From positions 64,001-128,000 of the forward strand of contig CAVZMI010000020.1 of NCBI GenBank assembly GCA_963776275.1: 64,000 nt of DNA. The letters run 5' to 3'. The notes under the pieces are model-generated. The model was given only the letters and a program-made list of their open reading frames with translations, searched no databases and was not told the DNA's origin. Origin of the DNA: Ignavibacteriota bacterium. Lineage in GTDB: Bacteria > Bacteroidota > Ignavibacteria > UBA10030 > CAVZMI01. The position numbers and the translations under genes were made by a program. This document shows, in pieces, positions 29,366-40,163 of the stretch; within the stretch, counting starts at the first letter, position 1, and each line of letters opens with the position of its first letter.

Positions 29366-30523
29366 ATGGAAGCAAATTCAAATATTGACGCCCGCATAGC
29401 AGAAATCCGAATGGGCGACATCATCATAGAGACCAAGCCGGGCGCCGACGTTATGGTTCAACAAACGCGTCACGAATTTTTATTCGGCACGGCAATTACG
29501 GATGAGCTTGCGGAAAAAGACAAGAACGCCATGTCGCCGGAAAACAGAAAGATGTTTTTGAAAATTCTTGGCGAGAATTTCAACTACGCCGTCCACGAAA
29601 ACGCCTTAAAATGGTACGACTGTGAAATAGAGCAGAATGTAGTCGATTATTATTTAGCGGACAGGATATGGGAGCTTTGCAGCGAGCTTAACATACCGAT
29701 GCGGGGCCACTGTATATTCTGGGAGAAAGACGAACACATCATGCCCTGGTTGAACAAGTTGAATAACGACGAGCTTAGAGCGGCAGTAGTGCGCCGGGCA
29801 ATCGACGTTACAAAACATTTTAAGGGGCGCATAAACGAGTTCGATCTGAATAATGAAATGATTAACGGCAACTTTTTCCGGCGCCGTCTTGGATATGGTA
29901 TTGTAAATGAAATGGCCTGGATGGCCAAAGTCGGAAATCCCGACGCTGTTCTGTTTGTAAATGACTACGGCATTCTCGTCGACGGTGGTTTTAATGCCGA
30001 AACCTATATATATCAAATTAAAAACCTTCTCGCCAGCGGTGTCCCCATCAGAGGCATCGGATGTCAGGGTCACCAGGCCACTTCCGTCAAAACCATCATG
30101 TCGGCTGAACATGTTCAGAAAACCCTCGATCAGCTTTCCAAATTCAATCTGCCGATTAAAATCACCGAATGCCTTTTTGACGCCGACGATGCGGAGTTCC
30201 AGGCTGAAGAACTGCGTAAGATATTTCCAATTTACTTTGCGCACCCCAGCGTTGAAGCCATTTTAATGTGGGGCTTTTGGGAAGGTGCTCACTGGCAGCC
30301 ACAGACAGCCTTGTGGAAAAAAGACTGGACACTTACTCCGCAGGGTCTGGCATATCGCGATCTTGTTTTTAATAAGTGGTGGACTCAAGTTTCCGGTAAG
30401 ACTGAAAAAAACGGAACATTCAAAACCCGTGCGTTTTACGGCGATTACTCAATCACATCAGATGGAAAGACAAAAAAAATTACTCTCAGTAAAAAAGATA
30501 AATCGATAAAGGTGATTTTATAA
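29366..30523 (+). CDS. GH10 endo-1,4-beta-xylanase, no signal peptide
   Basis: ENALKW, RGHCIFW, DLNNE (acid/base), IGCQGH, IKITE (nucleophile) and WGFW motifs. Confidence 0.92.
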   Translation: MEANSNIDARIAEIRMGDIIIETKPGADVMVQQTRHEFLFGTAITDELAEKDKNAMSPENRKMFLKILGENFNYAVHENALKWYDCEIEQNVVDYYLADRIWELCSELNIPMRGHCIFWEKDEHIMPWLNKLNNDELRAAVVRRAIDVTKHFKGRINEFDLNNEMINGNFFRRRLGYGIVNEMAWMAKVGNPDAVLFVNDYGILVDGGFNAETYIYQIKNLLASGVPIRGIGCQGHQATSVKTIMSAEHVQKTLDQLSKFNLPIKITECLFDADDAEFQAEELRKIFPIYFAHPSVEAILMWGFWEGAHWQPQTALWKKDWTLTPQGLAYRDLVFNKWWTQVSGKTEKNGTFKTRAFYGDYSITSDGKTKKITLSKKDKSIKVIL

Positions 30524-30541
30524 TAGTGCAACCAACCCAAA

Positions 30542-32089
30542 TTATTTTCCACCATAAAAATGACTTATCGTTCTTTTTAAAGCCGGATAAATTTTTTTGT
30601 ACACCGAAAAATATTTCTGGTAATTATTATAGTTTTGTTTATCTGGTTTGATAATTTTCTTAATCCCGGTCATTTCATCTGCAGCTTCCTTGAACGTCCG
30701 GTACCAACCCGCGCCCACTGCGGCTGCAATCGCCGCACCCAGACCCGATGCTTCTGTTTTTTCGGGAAGACAAATATTTTTCCCGGTTATATCAGCTAAA
30801 ATATGGCACCATAATTCACTTGCCGCACCTCCACCCATCGCGACAAAATCATACACTCTGGTACCAATGCTTTTTTCAACGGCGTTTAATGCAAATAACT
30901 GTTCGTACGCAATACCTTCCAGAATAGACCGGTACATATGTCCGCGATTATGAAAGGATGACAGACCGATAAATGCTCCCCTGGCGTTTATATCCCAATA
31001 TGGATTCATAACTCCGCACAGGTATGGCAGGTGAAATAGTCCATCGCTTCCGGCAGAAACATGCTTTGCTTCTTGTTCCAGCTGTTTATAAATATCGGGA
31101 TGTTTTAACGGATTGATGTTCAGTGTCTTTTTTATGAACCAGTCTATCGCGAAGGTACCGGCTCTTAAGCTGCATTCGTAATAATACCCCCTTTCAGAAC
31201 AACTGCACATCGTACGAAAGGCTTTACTTGTTCTGTATTGGGTTCCATAAATACCCGCCACCACAGCCGTACCCAGATTAAGATAGGCACGCTCCGAAAT
31301 AAGTGCATTTGCACCTAATCCGGCAGCCTGTCCGTCCCCGCCGCCGGCTACGATTAATGTATTCGTGCTCAGACCGGTCGACTCAGATGCATTTTTGGAA
31401 AGTCTCCCCAAGATCGTGCCTGGACGATACGCTCCCGGCAATTGATTTTCTTTTAATTCCAGGGCATTTAAAATTAACGGAGACCATATTTTATTTCTCA
31501 GGTCGAATAGTCCGAGTGGATCCGCACTTGCCCAGCTCGTCTTAAATGATTGCGTCAGTTTCCAGACAATATAGGTATGCACATCGCATATCATTCGGAT
31601 TTTTTTAAATAGACCCGGCTCATGCTTTTTCATCCATGCCAAACGATAGACAACGGGTGCATGGTCTGCGGGTTTACCGGTTATCCGGTGAATTCTACTT
31701 TTTCCGATTTTTTTTGAAAATGACTCCACCTCATCCTTGCACCTCTCATCCAGCCAGACGATGGCAGGCCTGAGACAATTTCCATCCTTGTTTAACGGAA
31801 CAAACGTTTCTCTTTGATTGGAAATGGCAAGAGCTGAAATTTTTTCTGGGCCGATTTGGCGGGTTATTCTTCTTAACGCTTTTTGAGTCGAAATCCACCA
31901 GTCGCTCGGGTCCTGTTCATAATAATTGGGCCGTGGTGAAAATAGAGGAATTGCTTCATGAGCGTGTGCAGCAATTTTTCCTTTTTTATCGAATGCAATC
32001 GCCTTTGTACCTGTAGTACTGCAATCCAGGCCGACGACGAAACTCTCCTCCTTTTTTCTTTGACTGAATTTCATTCTTGTTGATAGCAC
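30542..32089 (-). CDS. FGGY-family carbohydrate kinase (xylulokinase-like)
   Basis: GLDCSTTGTKA, NQRETF, WLDERC, GGGDGQAA, ILEGIA and GGGAAS motifs. Confidence 0.92.
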   Translation of the reverse strand: MLSTRMKFSQRKKEESFVVGLDCSTTGTKAIAFDKKGKIAAHAHEAIPLFSPRPNYYEQDPSDWWISTQKALRRITRQIGPEKISALAISNQRETFVPLNKDGNCLRPAIVWLDERCKDEVESFSKKIGKSRIHRITGKPADHAPVVYRLAWMKKHEPGLFKKIRMICDVHTYIVWKLTQSFKTSWASADPLGLFDLRNKIWSPLILNALELKENQLPGAYRPGTILGRLSKNASESTGLSTNTLIVAGGGDGQAAGLGANALISERAYLNLGTAVVAGIYGTQYRTSKAFRTMCSCSERGYYYECSLRAGTFAIDWFIKKTLNINPLKHPDIYKQLEQEAKHVSAGSDGLFHLPYLCGVMNPYWDINARGAFIGLSSFHNRGHMYRSILEGIAYEQLFALNAVEKSIGTRVYDFVAMGGGAASELWCHILADITGKNICLPEKTEASGLGAAIAAAVGAGWYRTFKEAADEMTGIKKIIKPDKQNYNNYQKYFSVYKKIYPALKRTISHFYGGK

Positions 32090-32093
32090 TTCA

Positions 32094-33143
32094 TTAATCT
32101 ATAGAAATTATGGCCTTCATGACGCCGTCTCTATAATTTGCTACCAGATCGAAGGCATGTTTGGTTTCTTCCAACGGAAAGCGATGTGTCACCATCGAAT
32201 CCATGTTTATTTGATGCAGAGCAAGCAGATCGATTGCTTTTTGTGTACAGTGAACCTGCCTGCGTATGTTTATAATGGTGATTTCCTTCCGCCTTAATTC
32301 ATGTATGGAAAAGGAGATTTCGTCTACTCCGGGAATTCCGACAAGCACAAGGGCACCCCCCGGTTTCAATAATTGTACAGCCTGGCCGATCGCTTCTTCA
32401 TCACCGCTGCATTCATAGACAACGTCCAGCAATAGCGGCTCGATCTTCGATATTTCCTTTATAATATCAATGCGATCCGGGTTTCCAGACCACCTGGGAA
32501 GTAATTTTTTCGAGAACGCAAGACGCTCCTCTATTTTATCCGTAACATAAACATCACCGGCACTTTTCGTCCGCAATACATGAAATACGGACATTCCAAT
32601 AGGGCCGACTCCAAGAATGGCAACATTAGCTTTATCAGGGAGAAGTGATTTTTCAATGGAATAGACGGCTATTGACAGCGGCTCGGATAGAGCTGCCTGT
32701 TCAAACGTCATACTATCTTTTATCGGAAAACAACATTTTTCGTGAAGCACTATAAATTCACGCAGACAGCCTTCGAGTTGTTTCGGGGTTCCCAGAAAAT
32801 GAATCTCACGGCAGGTATTTTCCCTGCCGGCTTTGCATTGATCGCAGCGGCCGCAAGACACAGCCGGATCGATCGCAATTCTCTGACTGGGTTTTACCCT
32901 TGTTACTTTCTTCCCAATTTTCTCCACGGTGCCTGCCGTTTCATGCCCGATGATAAATGGAAATTGAACAATTTGGGAACCGATTCTTCCCGAAGTATAA
33001 TAGTGAATATCCGAACCGCAGACACCCACCGTTTTTATCCTGATTAGCACATCGGTATCATTAATTATTTTGGGATCCGGCACCTGCCCGATTTCAAATT
33101 GCCTTATTCCTGTAAGTAATGCTGCTTTCATTGCACGACTCAA
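32094..33143 (-). CDS. Zn-dependent polyol dehydrogenase (sorbitol/xylitol dehydrogenase-like)
   Basis: GVCGSDIH, GHE, CxxCxxC...C structural Zn site, EPLS and GVGPIG motifs. Confidence 0.92.
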   Translation of the reverse strand: MSRAMKAALLTGIRQFEIGQVPDPKIINDTDVLIRIKTVGVCGSDIHYYTSGRIGSQIVQFPFIIGHETAGTVEKIGKKVTRVKPSQRIAIDPAVSCGRCDQCKAGRENTCREIHFLGTPKQLEGCLREFIVLHEKCCFPIKDSMTFEQAALSEPLSIAVYSIEKSLLPDKANVAILGVGPIGMSVFHVLRTKSAGDVYVTDKIEERLAFSKKLLPRWSGNPDRIDIIKEISKIEPLLLDVVYECSGDEEAIGQAVQLLKPGGALVLVGIPGVDEISFSIHELRRKEITIINIRRQVHCTQKAIDLLALHQINMDSMVTHRFPLEETKHAFDLVANYRDGVMKAIISID

Positions 33144-33327
33144 AAAATTTTTAAGCTTGTTTTTTTCTCGTGTAGTTCATTCTGTTTTGAACTGCACTCT
33201 ATACCAATATACTAAATAATTTGCTTAAACTATCTTGCTTCTCACGATAAACCTTTTTACCATTTGATGAAGCAATTACCGGTCGTATTTTCCCTTAAGA
33301 AGAGCAAATCAATCAACAGGAGTCTGA

Positions 33328-34590
33328 ATGATGAAAGCAAAGTCATTGTATTTATTTCTATGGGCACATATGCTCATTCTCTCTGTATGTTTTGCACAGG
33401 AAGATATTTCAGCAAAGCTGACGCAATCTGCTATAGATGCCCGTATAGCTGAAATCCGTATGGGCGATATAGTCATAAAAACCAAGCCGGGCGCGGATAT
33501 CAAGGTGCAGCAGCTGCGTCACGAATTTTTATTCGGCACCGCCGTGCCTGACCAGCTTGCAGAAAAAGATTCGAATGCAATGTCGCCCGAAGACAGAAAG
33601 ATGTATCTGAAAATTCTCGGCGAGAATTTCAATTATGCCGTTCACGAGAACGCCTTGAAATGGTACGACTGTGAAGCTGAGCAGAAAGTAGTAAATTATT
33701 ATTTAGCGGATAGAATATGGGAGCTTTGTCATGAACTTAATATACCGATGCGGGGCCACTGCATATTCTGGGAGAAAGACAAGTACATTATGCCCTGGCT
33801 AAAAAAGCTGAATAATGACGAGCTGCGCGCGGCAGTCCACCGTCGTGCCGTTGGTGTCACGGAACACTTTAAGGGCCGCATCAATGAGTTTGACTTGAAC
33901 AATGAAATGGTTCAGGGCAATTTTTTCCGCCGATGCCTCGGCTACGGCATCGTCAATGAAATGGCATATATGGCCAAAGCGGGAAATCCGGATATTGTTC
34001 TCTATGTAAACGACTACGGCGTTCTTGTCGAGGGGGGCTTCAATGCCCAAGCGTATATAACTCAAATCGAAAACTTACTGGCAATGGGCGTCCCCATCGG
34101 CGGGATCGGATGCCAGGGCCATTTTATCACTTCCAACAAAACCGACTCCTCCGGCAGAGCCGCAACGAAACCCGAGCATGTTCAGAGGACTCTGGACCGG
34201 CTTGCGAAGTTCAATCTACCAATCAAAATCACAGAATGTCTTTTCATGGCCGACAATGATGAAGGCAAAGCCGAAGAGCTCCAGAAATTTTTCCCGATTT
34301 TCTTTGCACACCCCGGCGTCGAAGCGATTGTGATGTGGGGCTTCTGGGAGAAGGGTCACTGGGTACCCGAGACGGCAATGTGGAAAACAGACTGGACACC
34401 AACACCCCAGGCATTAGCTTATCGCGATCTTGTTTTTAATAAGTGGTGGACGCAGATTTCCGGCAAGGCCGATAAGATGGGGGTATTCAAAGCACATGCG
34501 TTTTACGGTGATTATTTAATTACTTCGGACGGAACAACAAAAAAAATCATACTCAGTAAAAAGGATAAATCAATACAGGTTACTTTTTGA
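33328..34590 (+). CDS. GH10 endo-1,4-beta-xylanase with signal peptide
   Basis: Same GH10 motifs as 29366-30523, of which it is a close paralog; N-terminal signal peptide. Confidence 0.92.
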   Translation: MMKAKSLYLFLWAHMLILSVCFAQEDISAKLTQSAIDARIAEIRMGDIVIKTKPGADIKVQQLRHEFLFGTAVPDQLAEKDSNAMSPEDRKMYLKILGENFNYAVHENALKWYDCEAEQKVVNYYLADRIWELCHELNIPMRGHCIFWEKDKYIMPWLKKLNNDELRAAVHRRAVGVTEHFKGRINEFDLNNEMVQGNFFRRCLGYGIVNEMAYMAKAGNPDIVLYVNDYGVLVEGGFNAQAYITQIENLLAMGVPIGGIGCQGHFITSNKTDSSGRAATKPEHVQRTLDRLAKFNLPIKITECLFMADNDEGKAEELQKFFPIFFAHPGVEAIVMWGFWEKGHWVPETAMWKTDWTPTPQALAYRDLVFNKWWTQISGKADKMGVFKAHAFYGDYLITSDGTTKKIILSKKDKSIQVTF

Positions 34591-34666
34591 TAGATAAGGC
34601 ATTTCGATAGGATATTCGTATTTTCATTTCATAGAGATCATATCACAATTATATAGGAGGAAAACA

Positions 34667-35539
34667 ATGTCGGAAGAATTTGCAATCAACTGGTGGTTTA
34701 TTCTTGGTGCCTTTGTGTTTATAGTATTTCTCTTCGGCATCCGGATTATCCGTCCCACGCGACGCGGACTGATTGAGCGTTTGGGTAAGTATCATAGCTT
34801 TGCAAATCCCGGTTTCCATTGGATCATGCCTGGAATCGAAAAATTATATCAGGTCAACATTACCGAGCAAATGATCGACGCCGAACCGCAGGAAATCATT
34901 ACGAATGATAACCTGAATGCTTTCGTTGACGCACAGATATATTTCAAAGTGAAACCCGATGAGCTGAACGTAAAAAACTCACAATACAATGTGAATAATG
35001 TCACGTTTCAGATCGTGAATCTTGCACGGACGACACTGCGTAATATCATCGGCACACTGACATTGAAATCGGCGAACAGCGAACGGGGTAAAATCAACGA
35101 GGAACTTCACCGGATCCTGATCAATGAAACAACAACCTGGGGTATCGACATCGTCCGGGCGGAATTGAAGCAGATCGATCCGCCGAAAGATGTCCAGGAA
35201 ACGATGAACAAGATAGTCAAGGCCGAGAACGAAAAGATTGCCGCCATCGACTTCGCCACCGCTGCCGAGACGACAGCCGACGGTAAAAAGCGTGCCGCCA
35301 TTAAGGAGTCGGAAGGCATCCGCCAGGCTCGAATTCTCCAGGCCGAAGGCGACGCTGAAGCCATCCGCCTCGTGAATGAAGCTGCTGAAAAATATTTTGT
35401 AGGCAACGCACAGTTACTTAAGCGGCTCGAGACCGTCCAGCGCTCCCTTGAAAACAATGCAAAAATCGTTGTGCCCGAAAACACACAACTTGTAAATGTT
35501 ATTGGCGATATTGCAGGAGTGTTACCGCTGAAAAAATAG
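34667..35539 (+). CDS. SPFH/band 7 (stomatin-like) protein
   Basis: N-terminal TM; IERLGKY, QEIITNDN and TLRNIIG motifs; coiled-coil tail. Confidence 0.92.
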   Translation: MSEEFAINWWFILGAFVFIVFLFGIRIIRPTRRGLIERLGKYHSFANPGFHWIMPGIEKLYQVNITEQMIDAEPQEIITNDNLNAFVDAQIYFKVKPDELNVKNSQYNVNNVTFQIVNLARTTLRNIIGTLTLKSANSERGKINEELHRILINETTTWGIDIVRAELKQIDPPKDVQETMNKIVKAENEKIAAIDFATAAETTADGKKRAAIKESEGIRQARILQAEGDAEAIRLVNEAAEKYFVGNAQLLKRLETVQRSLENNAKIVVPENTQLVNVIGDIAGVLPLKK

Positions 35540-35567
35540 CCTCATTCATATGCTGAGGGAAACGAAT

Positions 35568-36053
35568 ATGAATGATTTTCTCCATGATCTCTACGGCCAT
35601 CAGGCATGGGCTGACGCCGAGCACTGGCGTGTCATCGAAGCACACACCGAGGCACACGGCGACGAAAAAATTCGCGCCCGTTTGTACCATTATCAGCTCA
35701 CACAGAACGCTTTTTTACTTATTGCGAAGGCAGAGGAACTCGTCTTCCCGAAGCTGGATGAAATTCCACCCATGAGCATACTCAAGAGGTATGCACGCAA
35801 ATATCATAAAGAGGCTGTTGCTTTTGTGAACAGTGTGAGTGATGACAGGTTGGAGGAAATCGTTACTATTCCCTGGTTCAAAGATCCACCCATTCAGATT
35901 ACAGTTGCGCAGGGACTCACACAGGCGGCGATGCACAGTCATTACCACCGTGGTCAAAATGCAACGCGACTACGCGAGCTTGGTATCGAGCCGCCGTCGA
36001 CCGATCTGATCCTCTGGTGGTGGAAGGGACGGCCGAATCCACAATGGGAATAA
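35568..36053 (+). CDS. DinB family protein
   Basis: HQAWAD and HSHYHRGQ...LRELG motifs. Confidence 0.88.
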   Translation: MNDFLHDLYGHQAWADAEHWRVIEAHTEAHGDEKIRARLYHYQLTQNAFLLIAKAEELVFPKLDEIPPMSILKRYARKYHKEAVAFVNSVSDDRLEEIVTIPWFKDPPIQITVAQGLTQAAMHSHYHRGQNATRLRELGIEPPSTDLILWWWKGRPNPQWE

Positions 36054-37816
36054 TGTCGACCTACTACGACACACTGGGTATCGACAGGAATGCCAGTCCG
36101 CAGCAGATCAAAGTAGCGTACCGGAATCTGATGAAACACCATCATCCAGACCTTCATGAGAATTCTGAAGAAGCAACAGAGCGTGCCCAGAATCTCAACA
36201 AGGCATATGCCGTATTGAAGGATCCTGTTCAACGATATGAGTACGATAATCTCCTGATGCTGCAACGAAATCCTGTCGATCCGCTGGAGGACCTCTCGCT
36301 TGATCTATCGGAGGACGGACTTTCAATTTCTGAAGTTCCGCAATATGTCTGCGAGGGTTGTGGCCGGCATGATCCCACGCTTCGTGTCACGATATTCATC
36401 TGGGTTGTCAGTTTGATTCTTACATTGAAACGCGGATGGGGGCGGATTCTCTGCTCACGATGCCGGTTAAAGTACAGCATTCTATGGAACATCGAGGTCT
36501 GGTTTGCAGGCTGGTGGGGCATTCCATACGGCCCACCTCACACCATTGAAGCATTGATGAAAAATTCCACAGGCGGCATTCAACCCGAGGAAAACAACGC
36601 CACGCTTCTTGCCGCTCTTGCAGATGATTTCTATCATCAACACCGTTATCTCGAAGCCTATCAGGCTTTGCAGACAAGTCTTAAATTGCGCATGTCGAAA
36701 AGCGGTCTGGAATTTCTTCAACATCTCAAACAACTTATTCATCAGGATCATTCGAACGGTGTGCTGAAAGACAGTCAATCGCTTCATCCATTGATTTTTC
36801 ATATTCCGATACTTACAGTTCTTTTCATTTTATCACTGTCGTTCATAACGTCGGTTTTTTATCCATTGCCGGAAATTCATCAAAATATTCCAGCTCAGAT
36901 CCCGGTAAATGAGACAATGAGCACGACGCACGACATTCCTGCATCGAATTTGGGAGTTAGTCTCGATATCATTGAACAAGCGCTTCAGATTTGCAGAAAC
37001 AGTAGAACAAGTGTAGCCAGCCATATTGTATCACAATCGCCTACGAGCACAACGGAGCAGACCGGAGAAGCACAACCTGTCGTAGTGACCCTTAATTGGA
37101 CAAAACTCGATGAACAACTCATCCACCAGCAGACCGAGAATACTCGCATCGCTTTTGAACAGGCTTCACCCGAGATCCAGAAACTTGCACCGATCGATGC
37201 AGAAGACCTATCTAGCGTCGACAAATCATCATTAACATTTTCTCAAGATCTGCACTCAAAATTTAACGAGATGCTATCGATCTACTTTAATTGTGCGATC
37301 CTCGAATACGGCACAACTCTGGTGAAACGATACAGTTCATCACAAGGTACATTTCCCCGGAATATAATTGATAATATCCGTCAACTCGGACTCCAGCCGG
37401 ATATTGCCGCCTGGCTGAAACAGGTCCAGCTTGACAGCGCATACAATCAATTGATCGAGACCGTTACTAAAACTCAGATGGAAGATGGCCGATACAATGT
37501 GATGACCGGACGCTTGACAACGCTGCGGGGATTTGTTCGGGATGATAGTGCCGTCATGGCAAATTTGAGCCGGAAATTGGAATACTATAAAAATACTCAT
37601 ATGATCCCGGAATATAATCAGGTCGTGGCTATTTATAATCAAAGAATTCCTCAAACGCAGGCTCATATTCAGGAGTACAACGATTACCTCCAGAAGTACA
37701 ATGAATTTGTGGGATCGTTGAAAGACCAGGGATTGATTACAGCACTGCATGCATGTTTAAATCAAAACGTCTTGTTCCCTGAAGCGAAACAGGAAGGTTC
37801 CTTACCACGCCAGTAA
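36053..37816 (+). CDS. DnaJ J-domain membrane protein with Zn-ribbon-like region
   Basis: YYDTLG...HHPD...AYAVLKDP; CEGCG...CSRC; TM segments; long soluble C-terminus. Confidence 0.82.
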   Translation: MSTYYDTLGIDRNASPQQIKVAYRNLMKHHHPDLHENSEEATERAQNLNKAYAVLKDPVQRYEYDNLLMLQRNPVDPLEDLSLDLSEDGLSISEVPQYVCEGCGRHDPTLRVTIFIWVVSLILTLKRGWGRILCSRCRLKYSILWNIEVWFAGWWGIPYGPPHTIEALMKNSTGGIQPEENNATLLAALADDFYHQHRYLEAYQALQTSLKLRMSKSGLEFLQHLKQLIHQDHSNGVLKDSQSLHPLIFHIPILTVLFILSLSFITSVFYPLPEIHQNIPAQIPVNETMSTTHDIPASNLGVSLDIIEQALQICRNSRTSVASHIVSQSPTSTTEQTGEAQPVVVTLNWTKLDEQLIHQQTENTRIAFEQASPEIQKLAPIDAEDLSSVDKSSLTFSQDLHSKFNEMLSIYFNCAILEYGTTLVKRYSSSQGTFPRNIIDNIRQLGLQPDIAAWLKQVQLDSAYNQLIETVTKTQMEDGRYNVMTGRLTTLRGFVRDDSAVMANLSRKLEYYKNTHMIPEYNQVVAIYNQRIPQTQAHIQEYNDYLQKYNEFVGSLKDQGLITALHACLNQNVLFPEAKQEGSLPRQ

Positions 37817-37921
37817 AGAAAAAATGCCGCTTTAATGACTAATACGACAGACTTGAAAAATTAAGAAAAAATTCTAAAATTTGTTAAACGGATCTTGTCT
37901 TTCAAATAGAGGGAAATCGCA

Positions 37922-38650
37922 ATGAAAAATGTAATTTATTTTTATGCCTGTTTCTTTCTTCTTACCACACTTGCCTATAGTGCACTTGTCAAAAATACGC
38001 CGGACACCATTAAGACCAAAAAGGGGAATCTGATCATCCACTGCATCGAGCATGGATCATTGATGCTGGATTATCATGGAATTAAAATTTACGTCGACCC
38101 GATTGGCCGTTATGCCGATATTTCGAAAATGCCCAAAGCCGATATCATTCTCATAACGCACGAGCATCCTGATCATTTTCTTGAACCGGCTATTCGTCAC
38201 TTTACTAAAAAAGGAACAAACATTATTCTTAACAAATCTACCTTCGACATTTTGAAAACAGGAATGGTAATGACAAATGGCGAATCGAAAACAATCAAAG
38301 GTATTCTCATTGAAGCAGTACCTGCATACAATACAACACCGGGGTGCGAAAAGTATCATCCCAAAGGGCGTGATAACGGCTACGTCCTGACACTCGGCGA
38401 GATACGCATTTATATCGCAGGCGATACGGAAGATATTACCGAAATGAAAGATCTTAAGAACATCGATATCGCTTTTTTACCGATGAATCAGCCGTGGACG
38501 ATGACTCCGGAACAGGTTGCTCGCTCAGCGAAAACATTCATGCCGAAAATTCTTTATCCTTACCACTACGGCGATACTGATGTCTCAAAGCTTATAGAAT
38601 TACTCAAAGATACAAAGAGTATAGAGATCAGGATAAAGGATATGAAGTGA
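37922..38650 (+). CDS. MBL-fold metallo-hydrolase (UlaG-like)
   Basis: THEHPDH, AVPAYN, IAGDT and YPYHYG motifs. Confidence 0.9.
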   Translation: MKNVIYFYACFFLLTTLAYSALVKNTPDTIKTKKGNLIIHCIEHGSLMLDYHGIKIYVDPIGRYADISKMPKADIILITHEHPDHFLEPAIRHFTKKGTNIILNKSTFDILKTGMVMTNGESKTIKGILIEAVPAYNTTPGCEKYHPKGRDNGYVLTLGEIRIYIAGDTEDITEMKDLKNIDIAFLPMNQPWTMTPEQVARSAKTFMPKILYPYHYGDTDVSKLIELLKDTKSIEIRIKDMK

Positions 38651-38868
38651 GGGTTGATATTTTGATTTTTTATCAATACAAAAAAAATCCAAACAGTCCC
38701 GTCGTCAAGCGTATCTGCTGACTTAAAAGCCGTATCGAGGCGATCGTTTTCTCCCGATAAGTATATGCTCACTTCGTATGGTCATTCCATCCCGCCATAC
38801 CCATCCCTCCAGTGAGTTGAAGAATACGATCAAAGAAATAGAGAGGCTTGGAGCGTTCCCCGGAAATC

Positions 38869-39573
38869 TCAGGCAAGATTTTTCTTCAATGCGACAGCGG
38901 ACAATCCGGCAAATGCGGCACCAACAACAATCACAATAATCTTTACAATATTCATCGATTCAAAAAATGACGAACTCTCGGAACCTTCACCCTGGAAAGT
39001 AACCGAGGAGATAATTTGTGTAAATACTTTTTCATGTCTCCAATAATCGCCGCTGCTTGAATAGCAATAGATTTTCAGCATCCCGTCCGAAGTCGGAATG
39101 AATCCTGCAAGCATGTGAATTAACGGAACTCCTCCCAAGAGGGCAGCAGTTTTTATCCAGATGATATTTGATTTTTGAGAAAAGTTGATGCTGTCAACTC
39201 TCATAAACGGTGTGATGGAACCTGCCAGCCCTTTCCCTTTTCTCATTATTTCCGGAGTATATAGCGCCTCATATTGATCAAGACTCAGCCGCCGGGGATT
39301 TGCCAGCTCCTTATATTCGACGAGAATGTGAGGATTCGAAAACCAGTCTTTCAGATTCTTCGGTTGAAACGCAAACTCAATTTTTTGTCTGGCAAATGTC
39401 GAATCAACCTTTGCAACTTCATCAATGACCTCTGAAATAACCCGGCTGGGAATCGATCTCCAGTCATCTGGAAGCGTTATTAAATATCCGCGGTCTTTAC
39501 TCTTGACGGTATTCGCAGCAGAAAATGAGAACAGTGCAATGCATAGTATCGCGATAATGGCTGGTTTTTTCAT
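38869..39573 (-). CDS. Hypothetical exported protein with C-terminal membrane anchor
   Basis: Signal peptide, ITLPDDW and C-terminal TM helix; gagg RBS. Confidence 0.7.
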   Translation of the reverse strand: MKKPAIIAILCIALFSFSAANTVKSKDRGYLITLPDDWRSIPSRVISEVIDEVAKVDSTFARQKIEFAFQPKNLKDWFSNPHILVEYKELANPRRLSLDQYEALYTPEIMRKGKGLAGSITPFMRVDSINFSQKSNIIWIKTAALLGGVPLIHMLAGFIPTSDGMLKIYCYSSSGDYWRHEKVFTQIISSVTFQGEGSESSSFFESMNIVKIIVIVVGAAFAGLSAVALKKNLA

Positions 39574-39800
39574 TCGAGAGGTTTCCTCAATTTGCCGAGT
39601 ACAAATAAATGAATTTATCTATTGTGTATATCGAATAACGAACATTCAACGATACTTCAGATTTCTCAATCCCGTACTTTGAGCCGGGAGGCAGCTCAAT
39701 GGGCGGTCATTCTTGTTAAACTTACAGGAGAGAATTCAAAAAAGCAAGCGGAAAAAATGGCTTGCGAATATCATTATCGAATCTTACATTGTTCTGAACT

Positions 39801-40163
39801 ATGCATGAACTCTCAATAGCACAGAATATAATCGACATCGTGTGCCAGCACCTGCCTGTTGAAGGGCCGCAACAGGTTCGGATAGTGAGAGTCCGTATCG
39901 GCGATATGGCGGGCGTTGTCCCCGATTCACTGGATTTTTGTTTCAATGCAATAATCGGTAACACGCCTCTGGAAGGTGCAGCACTTGTCATAGAGCACAT
40001 TCCGGTTGTTATACGCTGCACGCAATGCGGGAAAGAAAATTTGCTCGATCATTCTGCTTTTTACTGTCAGTTCTGCAACAGTACGGATGTGCGGATGATA
40101 TCAGGGAACGAGCTCCAGGTAGTGGAGATTGAAGTTACAGATGAACAAACGGAGGCTCCATGA
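39801..40163 (+). CDS. hypA: Hydrogenase maturation nickel metallochaperone
   Basis: MHELSIA start and two CxxC motifs. Confidence 0.96.
   Translation: MHELSIAQNIIDIVCQHLPVEGPQQVRIVRVRIGDMAGVVPDSLDFCFNAIIGNTPLEGAALVIEHIPVVIRCTQCGKENLLDHSAFYCQFCNSTDVRMISGNELQVVEIEVTDEQTEAP

Noticed and set aside
38660-38830. Possible minus-strand gene remnant
   Set aside because: Short, interrupted by a stop and not assignable to any family.
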